A DNA stretch of 53,671 nucleotides from positions 1-53,671 of the forward strand of contig JAAYJD010000214.1 in NCBI GenBank assembly GCA_012523135.1, read 5' to 3'. The translations under genes were made by a program, and so were the position numbers. The notes under the pieces were generated by a model. That model was not told the DNA's origin and ran no database searches. It saw nothing but the letters and a program-made list of their open reading frames with translations. This document shows, one piece after another, positions 9,793 through 18,976 of the stretch. How positions within the stretch are numbered: position 1 is the stretch's first letter; each line of letters starts with the position of its first letter. The DNA comes from Clostridiaceae bacterium. Lineage in GTDB: Bacteria; Bacillota; Clostridia; Saccharofermentanales; UBA5734.

Positions 9793-10284
9793 CTAGTCAA
9801 TCAGGATCTCCAGGGCTTGGCGGATCAGGACCGTCTGACCGTCCGGCAGCGTCAGGATCGCGTTGATCTGGACGATCGGCTGGCTGTCCGGCTGTCGTTC
9901 CTGCATCCAGTGGTCGGGTTCGTAATCCAGGTAATGCGTGTAAAAACGGATACTGTTCAGTTCCAGGCGATCGGCCAACAGGGTTGGCATCCGTGCCGAG
10001 AAGGTTTCATCCAGCAAAGCGCGGCCGCTGACCGACAGGATTTTGGCCTGCCCTTCCGACAGGCTGGCCGGGTCCAGGCACAGGCAGGCGGCCGGCAGGA
10101 TCTGCTCGACGTGCTGATGGGATCTGACCACCAGCACATGGCTGTAGGCCTTCTGCACCGCCTGGACCCCGAGCGGGATCAAAAGCAGCAGGCAGAACCC
10201 GGCCACGAGCAAAACGGATCCTACGGAACCGTTTCTGTTGTGTAGACGCGGCAGTCCAGTTGAATCGCGCAGGTAAATTGCCAT
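9793..10284 (-). CDS. Putative Tad minor pilin/pseudopilin (TadE/TadG-like); start uncertain
   Basis: Basic leader RLHNRNG|S followed by a hydrophobic helix. Position within the tad cluster. Confidence 0.6.
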   Translation of the reverse strand: MAIYLRDSTGLPRLHNRNGSVGSVLLVAGFCLLLLIPLGVQAVQKAYSHVLVVRSHQHVEQILPAACLCLDPASLSEGQAKILSVSGRALLDETFSARMPTLLADRLELNSIRFYTHYLDYEPDHWMQERQPDSQPIVQINAILTLPDGQTVLIRQALEILID

Positions 10285-10610
10285 GTGGCCTCCTCCATGC
10301 CTAAATCCGCGCGGATGCGCTGTCCGGGACAGGCGGCCTTTACCGTGAGCAGCATGGTCTGGCCAAAGGACGCCCGCTCAGGCGCCTGCACCTGGAGCAC
10401 CGTAAAATGACGGGTTTCCAGTTCGGCGACCAGAGCCGCGGCGGCCGTCTGGGACAAGCCACCGGACTGGTCCATGACGCGCGCGTAGTGGTGGCACACG
10501 GCGTCAAACTCGATGCGCTTGAACAGGGGCAGGCTGCACAGCAGCAGCGCCAGCACCAAAGCTGTCATGATAAACAACCCGAACACCGCAGCCAGCAGCC
10601 GTCCGATCAT
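10221..10610 (-). CDS. Putative Tad-associated membrane protein / minor pilin
   Basis: N-terminal hydrophobic helix, then a small soluble domain (MDQSGGLS). Follows the pilin gene. Confidence 0.6.
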   Translation of the reverse strand: MIGRLLAAVFGLFIMTALVLALLLCSLPLFKRIEFDAVCHHYARVMDQSGGLSQTAAAALVAELETRHFTVLQVQAPERASFGQTMLLTVKAACPGQRIRADLGMEEATWQFTCAIQLDCRVYTTETVP

Positions 10611-10709
10611 GTTGCACCTCCTGTCCGCCCCTGCCAGGCATCCGCCTACCCGGCGGCCAGGCGGGCCGCTTGCCCGGGCTCTTTGCCCGCCGCCGGGCAG
10701 TGCTCGTGA

Positions 10710-10958
10710 TTACGTGCCGGTTGTAAAGATGGTCGTCGCCATGTCGTTCCACCAGGTCGTCAGATTGCCCATCAGACTGGTGGCAAAGGTCTTAAGCCCC
10801 GGAATGACGATGACAGCCGCGATGATGATGCCGGCCGCGATGCCGATCACCTCGTTGAGGCCGAATCCGTTGCGTTTGCGGATGCGCATCAGCTTGAATG
10901 CGCGCTTCCTCGTCAGGTCGTGCAGGCGGCTGCGCCCGCGGGGGTTGCGTTGTCTCAT
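10710..10958 (-). CDS. Flp-type major prepilin (82 aa; 31-aa basic leader, 51-aa mature)
   Basis: GGAGG RBS before ATG at 10958. Class III signal KRNG|FGLNE with Glu at +5, followed by a hydrophobic helix. Confidence 0.85.
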   Translation of the reverse strand: MRQRNPRGRSRLHDLTRKRAFKLMRIRKRNGFGLNEVIGIAAGIIIAAVIVIPGLKTFATSLMGNLTTWWNDMATTIFTTGT

Positions 10959-11003
10959 GTCCAAACCTCCCATTAGTTATTGCCGGCAGTCCCGGGACTG
11001 CAT

Positions 11004-11873
11004 TCAGCCGAAAATCATGTCCAGCGCGCTCAGCGCCCCCTGGACAAGCGGATAGAGAAACAGGACGGCCACCGGAACCAGCCCGGCCGCGGCCGTCCAT
11101 ACCAGGCGATGGCGTACGCGGTTTGTTTCAACCTGCATCTGGCTGAAAAAACGGGCAAACAGCAGGTCTTCCATGCGCTGCATGCTCTTGCCCGCGACAC
11201 CGGTCTGCAGGCACTGCCGGATGTTGGCCTGAAGCAGATCGACATCCTGACCCGAAAAGGATTGCCGAATCACGGTGAAAGCCTGCTCCATGTCACAGGT
11301 CACTTCGAAGATCGCGGTAAATCGGATCAGCACCGGTTGGACAACGCGGTCGCGGACGGCCTCCGGCAAGCCACGCAGCGCGTCGGTTACCGCAACGCCG
11401 GATAGGATCTGGCTTTCGAGAAAGCGGTACACTTTGTAGAGGCTGCGCGAGAATGCCTGCTGCCGTTTGCGCACCCGGATTTGAACGGTATTGTTGACCC
11501 ATGCGGCAAGCCCGGCAGCGGATGCGACGGGGATCCAAGGCGATGGATGGGTCAGCAGCCCATAGGCAAGCAGGAAGACCGGAATCCCCAGCTGCGCCAG
11601 AAGGTACAGTTCCAGTGCCAGGGGGTGATGGTAACCTGCCTTTTGCAGGAACAGACGGATCCGGGCGGCAAATCTGCGCGCTTGCAGCGCGGACAGCCAG
11701 CCCGGCTGAAAAGCGGCTGTTCGGCCAGGCTGGTTGTCCAGTGCGGCCTGGGCCAGGCGCGGATCCAGGCTGCGAAGCCAGGCGGGCAGCAGATGATACA
11801 GGCAAACAAACAGCGCCAGGCCTGCCGGAAGCAGGATGAGCATGACCTGCATCGCACCGCGATCCATCTTCAT
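11004..11873 (-). CDS. tadC: TadC-like T2SS-F platform protein
   Basis: N-terminal TM, central TM pair, T2SSF-like soluble domain, C-terminal TM (LFLYPLV). Follows tadB. Confidence 0.75.
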   Translation of the reverse strand: MKMDRGAMQVMLILLPAGLALFVCLYHLLPAWLRSLDPRLAQAALDNQPGRTAAFQPGWLSALQARRFAARIRLFLQKAGYHHPLALELYLLAQLGIPVFLLAYGLLTHPSPWIPVASAAGLAAWVNNTVQIRVRKRQQAFSRSLYKVYRFLESQILSGVAVTDALRGLPEAVRDRVVQPVLIRFTAIFEVTCDMEQAFTVIRQSFSGQDVDLLQANIRQCLQTGVAGKSMQRMEDLLFARFFSQMQVETNRVRHRLVWTAAAGLVPVAVLFLYPLVQGALSALDMIFG

Positions 11874-12439
11874 TGTCCGATCCTGTGCTGGATCAGGCAG
11901 AACGCGGCGACCGCCGCCAGATAGCTGAGGATACCGAACGCTGACAGCATCCGGCCGGCCGGGCTGACCGTAAACAGCTGCAGCAGGCCAGGACTCGTCC
12001 CCAGGCGCAGCAGGCAGCTGGCCGGGACTGCCAGCAGGACCAGCCCGGTCAGCTGGCGATCGTGCGCGTTGGACAGCTTGCGACGGGTATACTCCTCTTC
12101 GATCCGGTTCAGCTGCCAGGCCAGGTGCTCAAGCAGCATGGGCAGATCACCGCGGTAACGCAGATTGAATCGAAGGGCCACCAACAGGTCCTGGAAATGC
12201 TCGTGGCTGATGTTTTGGCGCATCAGGTCCAGGGCCTGTTCGACGGCCATCCCCCCGCGCACACGGGTGACAAAAGCAGAGACCGCCGCGCGCATCGGCT
12301 GGTCCAGGCCGCCGTCCAGGCATTTCTGGCAGGCATAAAGCAGGTCTTCACGAACCTGGCACCACCTGCTCAGCGAGTTGGTCAGCTGGAGCGTCTGCTG
12401 ACGAATCCGGACCGTCTGGCCAGGCCACGTCCATTTCAT
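11870..12439 (-). CDS. tadB: TadB-like T2SS-F platform protein (short, 189 aa)
   Basis: T2SSF-like helical domain (VEQALDLM, RGDLPMLL) followed by two TMs. GGGAGGAG RBS. Follows tadA. Confidence 0.7.
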   Translation of the reverse strand: MKWTWPGQTVRIRQQTLQLTNSLSRWCQVREDLLYACQKCLDGGLDQPMRAAVSAFVTRVRGGMAVEQALDLMRQNISHEHFQDLLVALRFNLRYRGDLPMLLEHLAWQLNRIEEEYTRRKLSNAHDRQLTGLVLLAVPASCLLRLGTSPGLLQLFTVSPAGRMLSAFGILSYLAAVAAFCLIQHRIGQ

Positions 12440-13649
12440 AGTGATCAGTCTCCTCCCGATATCCGTGAATCACAACGATTCTGGCGACTTTGAACTGTTT
12501 GAGGCAAACGACAATGTCCAGGCTGCTGCCGATCATGCGGCGCAAGGTCCTGTCGCTTTCTCCGCGCGAAGCCGGCCGGGCAAGGGCCAGCAGGCGGTCC
12601 GGCACCTCTTCCGGCCGGTCCGCATGTATCGTACCCAGGCAGCGGTGACCCGAGAAGGCAGCATGGATAAAAGCCAGCGCCTCATCACCGACGATTTCGC
12701 CGATGCAGTAGGCATCCAGCGACATGGTCAGTCCGTCGCGGACCAGATCGTACAGGCTGACCGGACGGCCGCCCTCGTGCGGCTTCTTGATGCGCTGCAG
12801 CAGGCAGCAGGGTTTTTCCGGGTACAGTTCGCTGTCGCTTTCGGCGACCAGCACGCGCTCCAGACGCGGCAACGCTTCCAGAAAGGCCCGCAGCAACGTT
12901 GTCTTGCCAGCCGCGCCCTTGCCGCAGAAAAGGACGGAGCGTCCTTCTTCGGCCCAGTGCCGCAGCCGATCCGCAACCGCCTGATCGAACATGCCGCTGG
13001 CTTGCAGATCCGGCAGGTGCAGCGATTTTTGTCGGTGCTTGCGGATGCTGAGCGTCGGATAACGGACACTGCGCGGCGGAATGGTCACATTGATGCGCAG
13101 GCGGTTCTGTTCGTCTGTCACGCGGCAGTGGCTGTCATTCTCGTTGATTTGACCGCCGTTGCGGATGACCAGGAGGCGGCAGAACGTGTCATAGGTTTGA
13201 GCGTCCGGAAACCGTAATGGCAGCAACTGGCGGACCCCGTCCCTCTTGATCGTGAAGGCATCCGGAGCCGTGGCGTCCACATCGGTGACCGCTTCATCCA
13301 GGATGCAGGCCTGCAGCGGACCGTAGCCGAACAGGAAATCCATCACCTGCTGCTGCAGGTCCCTGCGGAAAAACCCGGCCCGGACACTGACCTGGTCGGC
13401 GGTGCGGGCGATGATGTCCCACAGCGCCTGGCGGGGAACCTTGTGGGCGGCGACGGCGGCGACCGTGGCGGCATCTGACTGCAGGATCTGGCTGCACACG
13501 GTCGCGACCAGCGCCTGCAGATCTGGCTGCACTGGTTCCGGACCGTCGGAGCTGGCCTGGTCCATCAGGAGCAGCGGCCGGCCGGCTGCATTTGACTGGA
13601 CTTCCTGCAGCTTGCGGGCCAGCCAGGCGTGGGATGAAACGACAGGCAT
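12348..13649 (-). CDS. tadA: Tad secretion ATPase TadA/CpaF
   Basis: YGPLQ, VTDVD, LSIRKHR, Walker A GKGAAGKTT, Walker B CIGEI, GH..LGTIHA His box. Confidence 0.92.
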   Translation of the reverse strand: MPVVSSHAWLARKLQEVQSNAAGRPLLLMDQASSDGPEPVQPDLQALVATVCSQILQSDAATVAAVAAHKVPRQALWDIIARTADQVSVRAGFFRRDLQQQVMDFLFGYGPLQACILDEAVTDVDATAPDAFTIKRDGVRQLLPLRFPDAQTYDTFCRLLVIRNGGQINENDSHCRVTDEQNRLRINVTIPPRSVRYPTLSIRKHRQKSLHLPDLQASGMFDQAVADRLRHWAEEGRSVLFCGKGAAGKTTLLRAFLEALPRLERVLVAESDSELYPEKPCCLLQRIKKPHEGGRPVSLYDLVRDGLTMSLDAYCIGEIVGDEALAFIHAAFSGHRCLGTIHADRPEEVPDRLLALARPASRGESDRTLRRMIGSSLDIVVCLKQFKVARIVVIHGYREETDHYEMDVAWPDGPDSSADAPADQLAEQVVPGS

Positions 13650-13650
13650 G

Positions 13651-15246
13651 TCACGTGTCTCCTTTCCTGGGTAAGCGCGGCAAATCGAGCTGTTCGACCA
13701 GGCGGCCGTATTCGGCTTTGTTCTTGTCGCTGAGCGCAGCCGCGTAAGGCCGCGTGCGGCGGCCGGCTGCCCGTTTCACGCTCGCCGAAATCCGCCCAGC
13801 CAGGCGATTGTCGCAAAGTTCAGCCATGGTGCTGCCGCTCAAGTCGTGCTGACGGTCACTGGGGAAAGCGACATAGTGCAAACGGTCAAGCGGCAGGTGA
13901 TGGCGGCTGATCAAAAAATCGACCATCCGGTTGACTTCCCGGAACGTACCCAGTTCCGCCTTGAGCGGCACAACAATCCGGTCGGCCGTCAGCAGGGCCA
14001 GGCAGGTGAAGGCGTCGAAGATAGTCCGGTTGACCAGCACCAGGACCAGATCCGCCAGCAGCTGCGCGGTCTGAATAACCTGGTGCAGCGAATCCAGGTG
14101 CACATATTCGTAATCTTCCAGCTTGACCGTGCCGGCGAGCAGACGCACTCGGGAGATCGCGGTGTCCTGCGCCAGGGTGCGCAGGAGCTGCGGCGTCAGG
14201 CGCCCTTGCTGCTGGGCCTGCAGCGCGGCTTCCAACCCGCAGGATTGTCCGGGCGGCCGGTTGCGGTACAGGTGACCTGGTACGCCAAGCAGCAGGTCAG
14301 CCCGCGGGTTGAGCAGGTTGGCGTCGATGACGAGAACATCGCAGCTGCCGGCCAGGCACGCGGCCAGCTCGCAACCGCAGGCGGGACCATCCCAGACACA
14401 CAGCAGGGGTGCGGCCAGGCGGACGGGTTCCGGCTGCGCTTCCTCCCGGGTCACTGCCGTCTCCCCGGTGTGTTCCGGTGACTGCCGGCCGATGCGCTCC
14501 AGCGCAAAGGCCAATTCATCAGCCTGGTCCAGGCGCTGGCCGGGATCCGCGTGCAGGCAGCGGCTGAGCAGGCTTTGCAGAGCATCTGGCACATGGGCTG
14601 CCGCCTGGCTGACCGGCAGGGACCGGCAGCGCTCAGGCGATCTGCCGGTCAGCAAGACCAACGCGGTCAGGCCAAGCGCATAGAGATCGCTGCCCGCCCC
14701 GCAGCCTCTGCCAGCTTGTTCCGGCGCGGCATACTGGGGCGTCAAGGCCTGCGGGGTATCCGCGGCGTAGGCCACCGGTGGCCTTTCTTCGTCAGACTGC
14801 AGGAACCGCGCCGCGCCGAAATCGATCAGTCCGGCACGGTTACGCTCGTCGATGACCAGGTTGTCCGGCTTGATGTCGAGATGCGCCAGGGGCTGTTCAT
14901 TTTGCTGATGCAGATAAACCAGGGCCCGGGCCCATTGCAGCAGCCAGGGCAGTACCTGCTGCCAGGGCAGACCGCCGGGCTCGCCGGCCAGGATCTCCTG
15001 GGCGGTCCGGCCAGGCAGGAAGGAAAAAACAGCATACCAGGTGCCCGTATCGTCACAGGTCTGGCCCAGGCAGCGGGGAACACCGGGGTGCCAGGCCTCC
15101 GCCAGCCATTCTGGAACCCTGGGATCGACAAACGAGTCCAACCGCTTGAGCACGACGGGGCGCCCATCGCCATCGCGGGCCAGAAACCCGGCAGATAGCG
15201 TTTTTTCCTGCCGATATCCGTTCCATGCCAGCTTCTCCAGTGCCAT
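13651..15246 (-). CDS. Hanks-type Ser/Thr kinase fused to a degenerate ParA/MinD-like (CpaE/TadZ-type) domain (531 aa)
   Basis: VVLK, HLDIKPDN, DFG, TPQYAAPEQ, SDLYALG. C-terminal VLVIDANLLNPRADLLLG, LLAGT, LLTADRIVVPL. ATG at 15246 with AGGAGG RBS. Confidence 0.85.
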   Translation of the reverse strand: MALEKLAWNGYRQEKTLSAGFLARDGDGRPVVLKRLDSFVDPRVPEWLAEAWHPGVPRCLGQTCDDTGTWYAVFSFLPGRTAQEILAGEPGGLPWQQVLPWLLQWARALVYLHQQNEQPLAHLDIKPDNLVIDERNRAGLIDFGAARFLQSDEERPPVAYAADTPQALTPQYAAPEQAGRGCGAGSDLYALGLTALVLLTGRSPERCRSLPVSQAAAHVPDALQSLLSRCLHADPGQRLDQADELAFALERIGRQSPEHTGETAVTREEAQPEPVRLAAPLLCVWDGPACGCELAACLAGSCDVLVIDANLLNPRADLLLGVPGHLYRNRPPGQSCGLEAALQAQQQGRLTPQLLRTLAQDTAISRVRLLAGTVKLEDYEYVHLDSLHQVIQTAQLLADLVLVLVNRTIFDAFTCLALLTADRIVVPLKAELGTFREVNRMVDFLISRHHLPLDRLHYVAFPSDRQHDLSGSTMAELCDNRLAGRISASVKRAAGRRTRPYAAALSDKNKAEYGRLVEQLDLPRLPRKGDT

Positions 15247-15308
15247 GCGGTTCCTCCTGTGATCCCGGTCTCCGGCCGCTCCAGTTTGTCTTAGGGTTGA
15301 GCATAACG

Positions 15309-15335
15309 AAAAAGAGCACCCTTGCGGATGCTCTT
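15309..15335 (-). terminator. Intrinsic terminator after clpX
   Basis: AAGAGCATCC-GCAA-GGGTGCTCTT followed by a T-run on the minus strand. Confidence 0.8.
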
Positions 15336-15369
15336 GATGCGACAAATGGGGACAACAGCCGTTAATCGG

Positions 15370-16725
15370 TCAGGCGGACTTGTCGGTCTTCAAGATGACC
15401 TCGGGCGGTTTCTCGCCAGTTACGCTCTCCCGGGTGATGATACAACGGGCCACGTCGCTGCGCGAGGGCAGTTCAAACATGATGTCCATCATGATCTCTT
15501 CCAGGATGGCGCGCAGCCCGCGGGCGCCCGTGTTGCGCTCCAGGGCCTGGCGGGCGATTTCCTGGACGGCGTCCGGTTCAAAGGACAGCGCGACGCCGTC
15601 GTAGTCGAACAGCTTCTTGTACTGCTTGACCAGGGCGTTGCGCGGTTCCTGCAGGATGCGGATCAGCATGGCCTCAGACAGGCCTTCCAGCGGCACGATC
15701 ACCGGCAGGCGGCCGATGAACTCGGGGATCAGGCCGAATTTCAACAGGTCCTGCGGCATGATGTCCGCCAGGATCTGGCCGACATCTTTCTCCTTGCGGC
15801 TCTCGATGATGGCACCGAAGCCGATCGACTTCTTGCCGGTGCGGTTCTGGATGATCTTCTCCAGGCCGTCAAAGGCGCCGCCGCAGATAAAGAGGATGTT
15901 GGTCGTATCGATCTGGATGAACTCCTGGTGCGGATGCTTGCGGCCGCCCTGCGGCGGCACGTTGGCAATCGAGCTTTCCAGGATCTTCAGCAAGGCCTGC
16001 TGTACGCCTTCACCGCTGACATCGCGGGTGATCGACGGATTGTCGGATTTCCGGGTGATCTTATCGATCTCATCGATGTAGATGATGCCCCGCTGAGCTC
16101 GCTCGATATCGAAATCGGCGTTCTGGATCAGCTTGAGCAGGATGTTCTCGACGTCCTCGCCGACATAGCCGGCTTCGGTCAGCGCGGTCGCGTCCGCGAT
16201 GGCAAACGGCACATCGAGGATGCGCGCCAGCGTCTGGGCCATCAGGGTCTTGCCGCAGCCGGTCGGTCCGATCAGGAGGATGTTGCTTTTTGTCAGCTCG
16301 ACCTCTTCCTCCGCGTCCTTGGCTGCCTTGCCCTTTTTGGTGGTTACTTTGGCGTCGCGCGAGCTGTTCTCGGCGAAAACGCGCTTATAATGATTGTACA
16401 CGGCGACGGCCAAAGCTTTCTTGGCCCGGTCCTGCCCGATGATGTACTGGTCGAGCGCTTCCTTGATTTTGGCCGGCGACATCAGCTCGGCAGGCGCCTT
16501 GGCAGCGTCGCCCAGGTTCTGCTCATTCTGGCCGTCCTGGAGGATGTCGTCGCACAGGGCGACGCACTCGTTGCAGATAAAAACACCCGGACCGGCGATC
16601 AGGCGGGCAACCTGGCGCTCCGTCTTGCCGCAGAACGAACAGCTGACCGGATTGTAGCGATCGTCCTGTCCGCCGCTTTTGCCGGTGCGGCCCGGGTTCT
16701 TGCCCTTGTTGTTACCATCTGCCAT
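15370..16725 (-). CDS. clpX: ATP-dependent Clp protease ATP-binding subunit ClpX
   Basis: CSFCGK...CNECVALC zinc domain, [25 protein letters not shown] loop, GARGLR. Confidence 0.98.
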   Translation of the reverse strand: MADGNNKGKNPGRTGKSGGQDDRYNPVSCSFCGKTERQVARLIAGPGVFICNECVALCDDILQDGQNEQNLGDAAKAPAELMSPAKIKEALDQYIIGQDRAKKALAVAVYNHYKRVFAENSSRDAKVTTKKGKAAKDAEEEVELTKSNILLIGPTGCGKTLMAQTLARILDVPFAIADATALTEAGYVGEDVENILLKLIQNADFDIERAQRGIIYIDEIDKITRKSDNPSITRDVSGEGVQQALLKILESSIANVPPQGGRKHPHQEFIQIDTTNILFICGGAFDGLEKIIQNRTGKKSIGFGAIIESRKEKDVGQILADIMPQDLLKFGLIPEFIGRLPVIVPLEGLSEAMLIRILQEPRNALVKQYKKLFDYDGVALSFEPDAVQEIARQALERNTGARGLRAILEEIMMDIMFELPSRSDVARCIITRESVTGEKPPEVILKTDKSA

Positions 16726-16727
16726 GA

Positions 16728-17312
16728 TCAGGCCCTCTTGTCCATGATCTGGTCGATAATCCCGTAATTCACGGCTTCTTCCGCTGTCATCCAGTTGTCG
16801 CGCTCGGTGTCGATCGCGATTTTATCCAGGGGCTGGTTGCAACGTTCGGCCAGAATCCTGTTCAGCCGCTCACGCATCCGGATGATGTGTTCGGCGGCGA
16901 TACGGATATCGGACGCCTGACCCTGGGCACCGCCGGATGGCTGGTGGATCATGATTTCGGCGTTGGGCAGGGCATAGCGCTTGCCCGGTGTGCCGGCCGC
17001 TAGGAGGAATGCGCCCATGCTGGCCGCCATGCCCATGCAGATGGTCTGGACATCGGCCTTGATGTACTGCATGGTGTCGAAAATCATCAGGCCCGAGGAA
17101 ACCTCTCCGCCGGGGCTGTTGATATAGAACTGGATGTCCTTGTCCGGATCCTCCGCCTCCAGGAACAGCAGTTGGGCTGTGATCAGGCTGGCGGTTACCG
17201 AATTGACTTCATCGCTGAGGATGATGATGCGCTCCTTCAGCAGGCGGGAAAAAATGTCATAGGACCGCTCACCGCGGTTGGTTTGTTCGACGACGATGGG
17301 GACGAGACTCAT
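16728..17312 (-). CDS. clpP: Clp protease proteolytic subunit (194 aa)
   Basis: [10 protein letters not shown] start with GAAAGGAG RBS, YINSPGG, GMAASMG, MIHQP. Confidence 0.98.
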   Translation of the reverse strand: MSLVPIVVEQTNRGERSYDIFSRLLKERIIILSDEVNSVTASLITAQLLFLEAEDPDKDIQFYINSPGGEVSSGLMIFDTMQYIKADVQTICMGMAASMGAFLLAAGTPGKRYALPNAEIMIHQPSGGAQGQASDIRIAAEHIIRMRERLNRILAERCNQPLDKIAIDTERDNWMTAEEAVNYGIIDQIMDKRA

Positions 17313-17327
17313 ATCGATCGCTCCTTT

Positions 17328-17361
17328 CAAAAGAGCAGGGCTGCCCGGCGGCAAGCCCTGC
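17328..17361 (-). terminator. Hairpin plus short U-tract between tig and clpP
   Basis: GCAGGGCT...AGCCCTGC stem followed by TCTTTTG on the minus strand. Confidence 0.55.
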
Positions 17362-17373
17362 CTGTTATAACGT

Positions 17374-18747
17374 TCAGGTTGTGCTTTCCGCTTCGGCTGG
17401 GTTGTCTTCGCCAGCGTCAGGGGCTGTTTCTTCCGATTTTTCCGGTTCCGGCGGCGGGGCGACCGGAACAGCTTTTTCGACCAGCATGGCCACCGTCTTG
17501 CGATGCACGACGGCATCGGCGACAAAATTGTCCTCGCCGTCAACCGGCAAACGTGCCTTGAGGTCCTCGGCGCTCATGCCGTACTGCGTGGCCATCGTCT
17601 CGATCTCGGCGGCAATCTCCTCTTCGGTCGCTGTCACGTTCTCGGCCTTGGCGATTGCCTCGAGCACCAGCCGGGTCCGGATACGCTGCTCGGCAGGCTC
17701 ATGAAGCTGCGCTTTAAACCCATCGGCTGTCTGGCCCATGTAGCTGAGGTACTGCTCCATCTCGAAACCCTGATAGCGCATCTGGTTGCTCTGCTCGTCG
17801 TACATGCGATCCATTTCCTGGTGGATCATGACATGCGGGACGTCCACTTCCGCGTTTGCTGTGACGGCCTGGATTACGTTCTCTTCAAACATGCCGTTCG
17901 CCCGCTGGGCGGCGTTTTCCTCCTGCTTCTTGCGCAGGCTCTCCTTGTATTCGGCGAGGGTGTCGAACTCGCTGACATCTTTGGCAAATTCGTCATCCAG
18001 CTCGGGCAGCTCGTTCATCTTGACCGAATTGACCGTGACGGCGAAAACAGCCTGTTTGCCAGCCAGATCCTCGTTGTTGTAATCATCGGGGAACTGGACG
18101 TCGATGTCGAACGACTCGCCGTTGTTGTGACCGATCAGCTGCTCTTCAAAACCCGGGATAAAGGTTTTGGAGCCGATCTTCAGATCGTAGGACGCACCCT
18201 TGCCGCCATCGAACGGCACACCATCCACGGAGCCCTCGTAATCGATGTTGGCGGTGTCGCCGTCCTGGATCGGGCGGTCTTCGACCGGGATCAGGCGGCT
18301 GTTGCGTTCCTGCATGCGCTTGAGTTCCTGCTCGACGGACGCGTCGTCAACCGGGAATTCCGGCTTGACAGCCTCAACCCCCTGGTACTGGCCCAAGGTT
18401 ACCTCCGGCTTGACCGTGACGGTTACCGTGAACTTCAGGCCTTTGTCGCGGCCGATATCCAGAACATCCAACTCGGGCTGTGAAACCGGTTCGATGCCGT
18501 GCTCTTTGATCGCCTCGGCATAGGCTGGATTGACAGCCATGTCGAGCGCATCTTCATAAAGGACGCCTTCGCCGTAGTATTTGGTGACCAGCGCCATCGG
18601 CGCTTTACCCTTGCGAAAGCCCGGAATCATGAATTGGTTGGCGTTTTTCTTGAATGAACGCTGCAGCGCCTCGTTAAAGACCTCAGCTGATAAATCAATG
18701 GTCAATACGACCTTGTGTTCTTCCTTTTTCTCCAGCACAGATGCCAT
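17374..18747 (-). CDS. tig: Trigger factor
   Basis: [10 protein letters not shown] ribosome-binding motif and FKBP domain ([15 protein letters not shown]). tig-clpP-clpX synteny. Confidence 0.97.
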   Translation of the reverse strand: MASVLEKKEEHKVVLTIDLSAEVFNEALQRSFKKNANQFMIPGFRKGKAPMALVTKYYGEGVLYEDALDMAVNPAYAEAIKEHGIEPVSQPELDVLDIGRDKGLKFTVTVTVKPEVTLGQYQGVEAVKPEFPVDDASVEQELKRMQERNSRLIPVEDRPIQDGDTANIDYEGSVDGVPFDGGKGASYDLKIGSKTFIPGFEEQLIGHNNGESFDIDVQFPDDYNNEDLAGKQAVFAVTVNSVKMNELPELDDEFAKDVSEFDTLAEYKESLRKKQEENAAQRANGMFEENVIQAVTANAEVDVPHVMIHQEMDRMYDEQSNQMRYQGFEMEQYLSYMGQTADGFKAQLHEPAEQRIRTRLVLEAIAKAENVTATEEEIAAEIETMATQYGMSAEDLKARLPVDGEDNFVADAVVHRKTVAMLVEKAVPVAPPPEPEKSEETAPDAGEDNPAEAESTT

Positions 18748-18800
18748 TGCATTAATCCTCCCACACGGCACAAATAGGCCAATCTTGCAAATGCTCCAAG

Positions 18801-18829
18801 ATTCTAACATAGCCGCCCGTGCTTGTAAA
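18801..18829 (-). promoter_or_regulatory. Putative sigma-A promoter of tig
   Basis: TTTACA (18829-18824), 17-bp spacer, TAGAAT (18806-18801), with an extended -10 TG. Confidence 0.6.
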
Positions 18830-18976
18830 GGAACAAACGGTACTGGAACAGCCATTTTTGAGATATTGTTTGACTTTTTTTGACGTTAACATGGCCTTGC
18901 CTGCCGGACCGGACACGTGGCGTCGCGGTAACAGGCGTGCTACAATAACGGCAGCAGCAGATAGGGAGGTATCGCC

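Noticed and set aside
15246-15309. Sigma-28-like promoter (TAAG...GCCGGAGA) upstream of the tad operon
   Set aside because: The spacing of 13 nt and the match are too poor to support it.
16300-16380. Lys-rich insertion in ClpX ([20 protein letters not shown])
   Set aside because: It falls in a loop that is commonly variable in length among ClpX proteins. All functional motifs are intact.
18881-18892. TTTGACGTTAAC upstream of the GH4 gene as another copy of the LacI-type operator
   Set aside because: Only 8 of 12 positions match and it is poorly palindromic, so it is not distinguishable from chance in an AT-rich intergenic region.
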